A stretch of 64,000 nucleotides of DNA from Oculina patagonica (Eukaryota), in the NCBI RefSeq assembly GCF_052425735.1, contig NC_135765.1, forward strand, positions 32,240,001-32,304,000. Reading direction: 5' to 3'. Position numbers and translations under genes: made by a program. Shown piece by piece: positions 13,001-23,761 of the stretch. Every line of letters begins with the position of its first letter. Position 1 is the stretch's first letter. The notes below the pieces were generated by a model, which was given only the letters and a program-made list of their open reading frames with translations, did no database searches and was not told the DNA's origin.

Positions 13001-16000
13001 AAAACGCATTCGAGTGCATTGTTGAGTTATATAAGCACTTGGGAATTTTAAGAACACGAGAGAAGTGCATTGCGCCGAGTGCTTCTCGCACTTCTCGAGT
13101 GTTCTTAAAAGTTAACAGGTGCTTATATAAACTCAATAATTCACGAGGAGTTCTTTTATGAAATGCTGAAGAAATTGCGCGCGCTAAAACTCGCGACGTA
13201 AGCAGCCTCCATTATAACTTGATAAAGCATGCACATGACGTATGCAGCGTGCTTTATGGGACTATAATGAGTTCAAATTGACCAATCACAGCACATGGAA
13301 TTCGTTGACCATTTTATAATGAATAATAAAACAATAATTATTTATCCTGCTCAATCTTGGTGCGGATCTAGGGGAGGTGCTTTAAGGTCAGAGGTCACGA
13401 TGATTTGACCCCTAAGTCACTTATCTGAAGGTCTGGATCTTGAACGAAACAGAAAATTTCAATGAACTACTAAAATTCTGCTTTAGTAAATCTTCACGAA
13501 CACCTGGAGACGTTTGCTAAGCAGAGATCAAGTCCATGGGCAAGAGTTGTTACCAGCAAGAGAGGGATGCACAGAAGGAGCTAGTGCAGGGCTACTACTT
13601 CTATATACAATATCACTATCAATTTAATATCACCAGTATTAATGAAGCTTACCACATTTGGATGCATGTAAATCTCCTTCAAGGAAAGTGACATTGTAGT
13701 GTGTGACGTCCGACTCAAACAACATCACTAACTTTAAAAACAACATAATATAAACAGTAAGTTACAATGGTTTTGATGGACTGTCTGGAACTTAAAATAA
13801 ACGGGACCTGCTACTTTTTGTCACTTTTTGCAAAACATTTCTATCTGTAACAAAACAATCATAATAACCCAGGGGGGGGGGGGGGAGAGGATCCCGTATC
13901 GGTATGAAGTGTCCATATTGCAGTTAATTTTTGATCTCGGTTGATTTTTTTAAATTAGTTAGGACTTGTTTTCATATTTCTTTACAAACTTCAACAAGAA
14001 CTTGAGAGCTTAATAAACTGGTGTTCTGTCCTTGGTGGGTGTTACTACCCATAGTAGCATCCCATCCATTTTGTTTCCAAATTCCAATTCAACCTGAATA
14101 TAGGAGCACATGAAAACCAGCTAGTGTTGAAGTGGCATTCTTTTTTTTAAATACAGCCAAATATACAGTAGGGCTGTAACGATACCTTTTTCATAATACG
14201 ATACATACCTCGATATAAGCGCCACGATACGCTTCACATTATGATACAACATTGCATACAATTGACAAGTGCTATAATTTTACTTAAGTCTATTGGTAAC
14301 ACAGTTTTTTCCACTTTATCAGCAGCAAAATCTTATTGCAAAGTGAAGTTCTCATAAACCGCATGTTTTTGCTTGTGGGCAAACAAGGCTGTGTCAGTCG
14401 AAAACTACTTGTCCCATCTTTAAAGAATACCTGATCAGACACAGAATGGAACTTCCTAGTCCCTAAGTTTAATAAATAGCCATTGAGGGCTTTGACATGG
14501 GTAAAAAGTCACTAAAAACAGTAATTTCTGAATGTTTATGAAGAATATATTTTATTGTTTCACGATACTGTGATATTTCGTTCAAATACCGATATTCGTA
14601 TCGTGACAAATAATATCACGATTCACCGGTGCACCTATCGTTGCAGCCCTAATATACAGTACCCATTTTATGTACTTAGAAATAAAATGGACCTTTCATC
14701 ATACCTTGAGGTGGACAAAGCCTCCATTTTTCTTCAGTTCTACCTTAAGGAATACTTTAACATTGGCAGGGGCTCCAGGTAGCGTGGGCAGTGCAGCTTT
14801 CTCGCCGTCTTTAAATGTATGTGACCACTCCGTACCACTATTAGATGAATCACCTGCTATAGATGATTCTGTATGAACTGTGGCTTTCACTGGTTGGTGG
14901 CATCCATAAACTTGCACAGTTAAGACCTGATGGCCAAACGGCCCAATACTGTCTGGTGGTGCAGTGCATATGACTTTGCTACAGTGGTCACTGTGCTCAC
15001 AGGTACCCTCACTGCCGTCAGGTAACTGAATATCTGGACAATTGTCTTGATGTTCTCCATGATGGCTGTGATGTGTTGGGGGTTGTGTTGCAGGTTCTAT
15101 TGTAGAGGGGCTTGCTATAGTTTTGAGGAGAAAATGGACCCCTTATACTTCAGTCTTTCAACTCTTCAAATGTGGTTTTAACATCAGCAAAATTATTGCG
15201 GTTTTCAGTGAAATGCGAACTCTGATAATAAAAATCCAACTAACGATTGCGTTTTTCGCTGCCGTCAGTCATAATTATGGTGACAGCCAATGAACCATGA
15301 AAAACAGAAACAAACAAAATGGATCAAAATCTACCAATCACAACTGAAGGATGTGACCTTTTGACCGGGTTGAAGTGAGCTCCTGTTTCCTGAGAGGTCC
15401 GCTAAGATGATTGATGGCAGCAAAAAGTGTAAACCGGTGATTGAGGATTGAATTTCAGAGTTCGCATTTCACTGAAAACCGCATTAAATAAAACAAACAA
15501 AAACATTAAGAACATCTTGCCAAAGTCTTACAAATATGCGAGGCAGCAAGCCATGTGAGGCATACGAGGCAATGCAGCAAGGAAAGTGAGGCGAGGCAGT
15601 AAGGCATGCCAGGCAAAAATCCCTACTCCCAATAAAGAGGCTAGCTGCAAGCTACCTAAGCTAACTGTAGGGTAACCGGAGTGACCTATCAATTGTTTCT
15701 CAGCTTCTGGGTGAAGCGATCAAGTTCTTTCTGTGAAATGAAAACAGATTAATTCTTATGTTTGAAAAATAAAATTATCACTGGAAATGTGTACTTTGCC
15801 AGTACTCGCAAGGGAATTTTTAAGGAACAGGGCTCGACAAAAAGTTGAATTCCAGCTTGCCCATGGGGCAAGTAACCCTTAAACTTTGCTTGCCCAGACA
15901 CTTTTCCCCCTTGCCCAGGTTCTTAAACTTATTAATTATTCCATTGAAAACCATTGCAAAACATTTGGAATGCATTTTGAGACATTGGGAACACATTTCA

Positions 16001-19000
16001 TCGAATCCGAAAACAGTTTGGAACAGTTTTTGCTGCAATTTATAATGTACTGCTTTGTTTCAAAATCGTTGTTTTAGATTAAGTTAATTGATGGTTTGCC
16101 TGGGCCCTTGCCCGTCGGGCAAGTAAGCATGAAAAATCACTTGCCCAACGGGAAAATCTACTTGTCCCGGATGACCGACGACCGGCCAGATGGGGGTTTT
16201 GGTGAGCCCTGAGGAATCACATGGTTTAATAATATACAAGGTCTTCCTGCTGCTAAAAGAATATGGTTATCCTACCTTATTTTAATCAACAAGTAGGCAA
16301 AGTTTGGTTGAAAATCTATGTTAAGTTCTATTTCAGGCAAATGACCTTAATAATTAGTTTTATATGAAGCTTACCACATTTGTAAGCATGTAAGTCTCCT
16401 TCCAGAAAAGTCACATTAGAGTTTGCATAATCGGACTTAATCAACTGCAGTATCTAGAAGAACAAATATTAACAAACCAGTAATTAGCTTTGGCCTTTCT
16501 GGGAAAAGTTGGCATTCATTTCAATATACTCAAAATGCCAAAACTAAGGGGATGGCTATCACCATGGGGCAGGTGGGAGGGGGGAAGGGTATGAACAGAG
16601 AAACCCATATTACAGCCAAGCTAGACAAATTAATTTTGCTTCGTACCTTCACTGAGCTTTTTGTCTTCATTAGCAGTTAATTGCAGCAACAACAAAAACA
16701 AAGGCCAGAAGTCATAGCCCATTACATACATGAGAGGTAATATGTAACTGGGCAGAGTACCCCCCCCCCCCCCATCTCCGGGGGAAAACTCCCATATGAA
16801 AGGGATGGGAATTGTTTGTCTTGCATAATTAGAGCGGTTTTTCACTTGAGTGGCGAAAGTAAATTGCGTTTGCTTTGGTTTTGCATTACTACGCTTAGTG
16901 ATTGGTTTAAAAATCTCGCGCCACTTTCTCAGCCAATCAAAACTAAACCAAAACCAATCGTGACTTGCTTGCGCACGTTTTCCCGCACTTCGTGTCAGCT
17001 ACATGTATTTGCTTCGAGTTTTGATTGGTTCACTGGATTGTCTGTGTCCTTTGTGATTGGCCAGAGCAATTACTTTGGTTTTGGTTTTACGACACTCAAC
17101 TGAAAACTGCTCTATGGGCTGATACAGATTGCAGGTTTTGGCCCTTTTCAGTGGTTTAAACCAATCAGACATGTAAAATGGTCTCTTTTAGGGGTCAGAA
17201 AAGATGGGGCCATGCTCACATAGGTCTCCTTTTTCCAGGAGGGGGATTTAAGGTTCCAACAATGTATCACCATCCTTTTCACATTACTAGACTAAATCAA
17301 ACTTTCCACTAAAATGAGGAACTTGATGGATAAACTGACCAAAAGTAACCTAATTAATTTAATTTATTTCTTGCGCATTACATTAAAAAATCTCAATGCT
17401 CTTACAAGAAAATAACGAAAAATAACGAAACAATATTAAAGAAAGTAGATAAGATATTTAAATTACAATAAGATTAAATATTAAATTCATTAAAATACTA
17501 AAATTCATTATAAAATTCTAAAATTCGTAAAACATTACTAAAATTCATTATAAAATTCTAAAGTTATTAAAAGGTCATTATTGAATAAAAACGTTTTAAG
17601 CTTAATTTTAAAAGTGTCAACTGCTGGAGCACAAAAGACTTAACATCTCTGTAAGACAAAAATTGTTTTACACCATACTCTACCTTGAAGTGGACTAAAT
17701 TGTTGCCATTTTTCTTCAATTCAACCTTCATGGATACATTCATACTGTCAGGAATACCCGGCATAGGGAACGCAGCCTCCTCTCCATCTTCAAATGTATG
17801 GGACCATTTAGGGCCACCCTGAGATGGTTCTATATCAACTGTGGCTTTTAGTGGTTGACGGCAAGCATTTGCCTGTACAGTTATTTTGCTAAATGGTCCA
17901 CTGCCAGGTGGTGCAGTGCATGCGACTTTGCTGCACATGTCACTAAGGACGCATGTTCCATTGCCAGCATCGGGTAACTGAATACCTGGACAATTGTCTT
18001 GTGTTGGAGGCCCTGTGGTAGGCAGGCTGGCTACAATTTAAAGGGGAAAATCGAAGGGTCTAGTTATTTAAACAATCTTCTATAAAATGTTGATTGAGGT
18101 TTTCTGGCTTAACACACTGTCACTAAATATGAGAGGAGAACAATATAACTCAAAAAAACTGAATACTGTTAAAACTGGCTAAGGTAAATTTTTAATCACA
18201 GTTTAAAGCCCGAGAATTTTGAAATTTTCCCATCCGCTTGACAAATACTTTCCCATTTATACTCTGTAGGAGACGATATTGTCTTGCTAAGGAACACAAC
18301 AAACCTGGGTTGCAACCCGAACCTCTTGATTAAGACACCACTAGACAGAGGCCTTTCAAGGGGTAAAAGCAACAAGCGTCATGACCCTGAATACTGGCGA
18401 CACAGGAACATTTTAACAGCAACAAGCGACATCATAACGGCACGGAAATGTGACAGCGACACAATGCAACAGCAACATAAAAGGGTGTAAAATGACAGTG
18501 ACATTTACATTAGGCGACATCAGCTCTCAGAAACATGCGACATTGAGACAGGGCTACCCTTGGAAGGCCTCTATGCAAGTGATTGTTTGTTTGCTTGCCC
18601 CTAACAATTTTTTTTATTTAAATTCATATCAGCATGAAATTAATAATTTATTGTAATTTGAGCCGTAAGATTCTTTGTAAACTCAAGATCAGCTCCACCA
18701 ACACGTGTAAAAATCACACCACAGTTATATATGGGTTACCCCTCGGTCAAGTTTTTTTTTGCCTTCATATTGAAGTATTGTTAACTATATTAACAATATA
18801 TTATGATATTAAAATATTTTCATTCTCTCGCAAAAATTGCGTCGTTAGCAGTACTGTACACCATTAAATTTTTGGCAAGCAACAATATTTTCCCAGCTAT
18901 CTGAAGCTTAATTTTCATACAAACGCTTGCACCATAGTTTGTTATGATTGCAAGGCTAAAACTCTTCTTTTAGAAACCGTCACGAAAGTCTTCATTTGCG

Positions 19001-19311
19001 CTTTCTGACGTCAATTTCCACGAAAATTTAAGCAAAACGTTTTACAGCGACGTTAATGATGAAAAGAAAACTAAGCTTAAGTAAAAGCGCCTGCCGCAGA
19101 CATATGAAGTTTACGACCATGCGTGTTTCAGCGAAGCACAAACAATTTTTAAGGCAAATGAAATTAAGCGGCTTCAGTAAAATGAATTTCACGGGTCACT
19201 TGACTATGTCAGGGCTATTAACCTACCTCCGATGGCCGAAAAAATGGCCAAAATAAGGCAAATTTCAGTTCTAAAACCTGATGTTGCTCCCTGCTTGCCA
19301 GCCAGCGCCAT
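10065..19311 (-). CDS. Array gene B: ~552-aa type I membrane protein with three tandem six-Cys modules
   Basis: Eight GT-AG exons joining in frame: 19311-19227 (signal peptide), 18030-17684 + 16453-16375 (module 1), 15114-14705 + 13731-13653 (module 2), 12658-12294 + 11663-11567 (module 3), and 10261-10065 (WFSRQ, TM AAVIVVPIVIIIVISLALVAFFCY, KRR..., ending MQRLDNEL*). Total 1659 nt. Confidence 0.88.
10438..10700. mobile_element. PIF/Harbinger-like MITE
   Basis: GGGCTCTTTCCATTAGTCAGAACT / AGTTCTGACTAATGGAAAGCGCCC, with TAA on the left flank. Confidence 0.65.
14169..14651. mobile_element. hAT-type MITE with 8-bp TSD
   Basis: TIRs TAGGGCTGTAACGATA / TATCGTTGCAGCCCTA, with an exact TSD ATATACAG at 14161-14168 and 14652-14659. 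Confidence 0.85.
15197..15483. mobile_element. MITE (second copy inverted at ~63690-63966)
   Basis: 29-bp TIR TGCGGTTTTCAGTGAAATGCGAACTCTGA; the internal sequence is shared with the copy near the window end. Confidence 0.75.
16830..17114. mobile_element. MITE
   Basis: TAGAGCGGTTTTTCACTTGAGTG / CACTCAACTGAAAACTGCTCTA inverted termini. Confidence 0.65.
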
Positions 19312-20104
19312 GATTTTAGCAGTCTCTGCAATATTTCCCAAATCACATGCGTGAGTTGAGGCAAAAATCAATATTCATGACTGGTCAAAGGGAACGAAGA
19401 CCCTGGGTACGAGGATGGACTTTATATTCATTGCCATGCCGGAACAGATATGACGTCCGTACCAGGCATAATCACGTGACATTCAATCTGGAACCCGGAA
19501 AAAACATCGCCCTTGCTACCCGGGCCTTGCGACCTGAACTTGTGAAATGTCTAAGATCAGAAAATAAGCCAATTATTTCCCTAACTGACCTGCTCTAATT
19601 CAGTTAATTCATAACGCCTTTATTCAGCTTGATTTTGTTGGAAAATTGTGAAATGCCTTGCTTTAATACTGTTCTGAAACGGTACGTGTGCGAGCGGAGG
19701 CCGGATGTCCGCCAGAAAGTAAACTCCCGGATATAAAAAAAAGAACCGGGCGTCACATCCGGTCACGCCTCCGGTCTCAAAAAAAAATCCGGTTTCCATA
19801 CGTGACAACCGTTCCGGAACATTATTTCTTTTTTTTTCTTTTTTCGAGGGGGGGATCAAAAATTCCTTCCAAAAAATTTGTTTGCAAAAGCAAAAAAGCA
19901 AAAGTAAATTGTTTGCAGACATATATACATAAAAAAAAAACATTTGCGGGAAGATGCAGCCGGAAAAAATTGATTGTTTTGAAAAACTTTTGATTCCCCC
20001 CACCACCACCCCCCGCGCCCTTCAATAAAAGTATGGTCTTTACCTTACCGGAAGGGAAACCGAAATTCTGCTCTGGCCCAAACAAAGCGATTACGTTATC
20101 AAGG

Positions 20105-20656
20105 TACCTTATTACATGAAATTTTCGCGACACGTTTATTTAGCGATTTTGAGGTGCGCATATTTCGCGACACTTAATTTTCGCGATTTTGCGAAAATTT
20201 TGTATTTTGAATCACTTTAATTTCGCGTTTTTGAGTAAGACACAATTTACATTTCCTTGGCAATATTATTTTACATGCCTGTTGAACTAAAAAAACCCGA
20301 CTTCATCAAATTAAGGAACAGTAACGTCAAAATTAACAAAACCACAAGGGTGGGAATAAATCTCGGCAATAGCAACAACAGAGCAGTTCTCACAATGTCC
20401 ACAAGTAGGTCATGCCTGTACGCGAGTTATTGTTCTTGAGTCAATTGACGACAACATCCATTTACATTGAAAATTCCTTCGTTTAGTGGTAATAAACTTA
20501 TTCCTTCTTGATTATTGACATAATGTTTGTCACTTAATTTTCGCGTCATGTTATGTTCGCGACACTTATTGTTCGCGTCACTTTAATTTCGCGATTTTTT
20601 TGGAATCACGAAATTCGCAAAATTAACGTGTCGCGAAAATTTAATGTAATAGGGTA
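20105..20656. mobile_element. Tc1/mariner-type MITE (TA ends)
   Basis: TACCTTATTACATGAAATTTTCGCGACACG / CGTGTCGCGAAAATTTAATGTAATAGGGTA, with internal ttcgcg repeats. Confidence 0.7.
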
Positions 20657-21249
20657 GTTAAAAATAATCGTTACTGACTGCTTTTTGCATTGGACATGGT
20701 CGAGGTTGTTTGAAAACCGAAAGAAACGCGTTTGTGTTTGAGGGCGACTGGAAATGAAGAGACATAAAGCGAGTTGTTGCAAAGGTTAATACCTGTAATA
20801 CCTCTTTAGGCTCTGTACAGCCGTCCCGCTCCCACAGGCTAATACCTCCTTTTCTTCGACCATGAAAAGACAGCTACGTTCCAAGAGTAACGGCGTAAGC
20901 AGCGATGTAAAATTTAAGGTTGTTAGCAAACACCGAAAACACCAACCTCCAAGAGTAAATTACCGGAAAGGTGACTTGGCTTGTTATGAGAAAAAATCCG
21001 GGCGGCTGTACCAAAACTGCGTGTCAGAAAGGGACTTTTTTAACATAATTTTTTTGGAACCCTAAGAACATTAAATGTTGCCTTTTCGTGAGTATAATAT
21101 AGAGTCCTGTCTAATAAACGCGGAAACAGCAATTTAGAGAGCTTCATTCAAAAATTTCCCGGGAAGAGGGGGCATATCCATTCGCTATAATCTCGGGTCT
21201 TTGTTGCTCGCCACGACACTTCATTTTCATACTGCCTCTCTCCACTAGT

Positions 21250-21423
21250 ATTGGTACCAGGTGTATAAATGGGTACTGGCGAATTTAATGCTGGGGGTAA
21301 CCCTGCGATGGACTAGCATCCCATCCAGGGGGAGAAGAAATACTAATAGTCGCTTCATACTGCGGAAACCGGGATAAGCTCCAGTTTGGTGGGCCACTTG
21401 GCTCGAATGCAGACTTAACCTTT
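21250..21423. mobile_element. SINE-like interspersed repeat (related copies at 11928-12150 and ~60600-60700)
   Basis: Shared segment ...cccatttatacacctgg / ggagagaggcactgtgaga..gtgtcttg, seen in three places in opposite orientations. Confidence 0.55.
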
Positions 21424-21799
21424 TGTATCTTGGTACTCGCCACATTCTGCGTACCGACATTAAGAATAATTGCCTTCCAGTACTTTTCATGAGAAGGTTT
21501 TTGACAGTATTCCAAAGTAGCAGATCTAAACCGCTGCACGAGATTGGGGCAATTGTTTTTCTTCTCGGCGCGCCACACCTTTAGCTCGCCCCAATTCCTT
21601 CTCCCTCGGCTCGAGCTCTAAACATGCTTTCGTAGCCAGGGACCTCAACGAGATTAGATCGAGAGAAAATGATTGTCAGCTAGCAGTGTGGGGTTCCATG
21701 GATTCCGCTGAGATAAACAACCATCACAATACCAATTCTGACAGATTGATGTGAACAGATATTTACAATTTTATTGTGAACCATTTTACATAAGTGAAC

Positions 21800-21801
<2 letters not shown>

Positions 21802-21833
<32 letters not shown>

Positions 21834-22813
21834 CAAACTGTTTTTTTATTTTTACAATCACTTGCACAACTTTTTACAATTCCTTTACTCATTGATTACA
21901 TTCCTAATGACAAAACTACAATAAGCTAACAGTATATTTACATCGTTTACAATTTTAAGTGAATTCATACGTTTCCTACGTTCTAACTAGTTCAGTGTAC
22001 ATGTACATTGTGCATACATATCCTATTTTTTCCTCAGTTTGATTTTTTTTTTTATCTATTTATTTATCAATAAGTACCATTTCATTGCCTTGCATAACAA
22101 TTGTTGCGTTACATAACAATTTCTTTAAACATAATTCATTACACTTTTTAAAGAATCTTTTCCTCAAACATTTTCCATTTTTTCCTAAAAGACTTTATAT
22201 TATTTGATTTGACAGAAATATACCTTTCGGTTTGATATTTATTTAATAAAATTCTCTCAAAGTGGCTGAAAGATGGTTTCGTTTCTTTACATCGGCAAGT
22301 CCACAGATAACTTTTTCCTAAGATGAGTATATAGTTTTGCAGATCCATCTCCTCCTTTAAGAACCCTAAAATAATCTCCCTATAATTTAAAGAGAGGCCT
22401 ACGCAACTATTCAGTTTATTAAAAATTTTATCACAAACTTCATTCCAAAAAAAGGTCGAAAAAGAACAATCAAAGAAAAAAATGTGATGTCGTTTCTATA
22501 GTCTGATGACAGAATGAGCAGTTGGGGTTAGAAACATATCCTATCTTACAGAGTAATTCGTTTGTGTATAGAATTGAATTTAATACTTTATATTGAAAAG
22601 AACGTAAATATGGTTCATTTGCAGCTCTTAGTGGCATCACGAATGCCTCCGAAATTTGTTGATCCTCAAGATTAAATTCTTCTCTCAACTTAGCCCATTT
22701 ATTTGGTTTTTCATATTTTTGCTTTATAAGATGATGATAATAGTCACGACACTTGAAATTTTTGTAATCAAGGGTATTTTCTACGTCGGGCGCGTAGAAA
22801 CGTAATTTCAACA
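21802..22813 (-). mobile_element. 5'-truncated non-LTR retrotransposon (L1/Tx1-like ORF2 C-terminus)
   Basis: Poly(A) tail (T run at 21802-21830), zf-RVT-like FQYKVLNSIL..CSFCHQTIETTSHFF and NYILILGKSYLW, and an exact 19-bp TSD ATTTTACATAAGTGAACAC at 21783-21801 and 22814-22832. Confidence 0.9.
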
Positions 22814-23761
22814 ATTTTACATAAGTGAACACTTGCTTAATAGCTACTTAATGTTATATAAAAGACAACTGAATTAATCTTTACATGATTTCCTCTTTAA
22901 ATCTTTAATACTTTTACACGCCCGCATTTCATACGAGCCAAACTTTAACTTTTAATCAGCTTTTATAATAATACAATTTCTCTGGCGTCGCGCGCGCCTC
23001 AGTACGCGCTTCGTGCACTCTCCACGCGTTTCGCGCTCAAATTTCCTCTATCCCTCCCCGCCTAGTCGCTGTCACGCAGGCTACAAACACGACTGCACGC
23101 AGGTATTCTCTTGCGTTCAAATTCACGATTGTTCTGATTGGCCTAATGCGGCTACTATGGGTTGGTTTTAAGAAAGTCATTCATGAAAACCGTTTTACTC
23201 TTTAGACAAAAGCACCGAATGATGTCGAAACAGCACATAATTGCTTCGCGTCTCAAGTTATGGTTATTTTTTGCGGAACTTTCCTTTTTGTTACACTTTC
23301 AACAAAGGATTCGTTTGTTGTTCGTTATAAAGTACTAATGTTACTCAAAACAAATAATATATAATTCAGTATAATAATAATATATAATTGCGAACCGTTA
23401 TTTTACTCCACTGAGAAACACGCCTGAAATATATAAGTAGGTAAAGAGAGCGTTCAATTGTAATGCATTTAATTTAGTGCTCGTTTTGAAAATTTGATGA
23501 AATATTAAGTCAATATTATGTATATGTTTGCTCGACTTCATGTTTAGACAATTATTTAACTTGGATAGTACGTAGTTCAGTGCGCTTTATACGTATGTTT
23601 TGACGTAATGCATAGCAAAAAAAAAAACAGGACTCAGAAAAATAAAACTTTTTCTGCTAGAAATAATTAACCATGTTACGTTTAGTCGGTGGACTTTCGA
23701 TGAAGTTTTGATCCGTTCCCAAGCTTCTTTCGTTCTTTCTGAGTTAGCAGAGCACCCAGAC

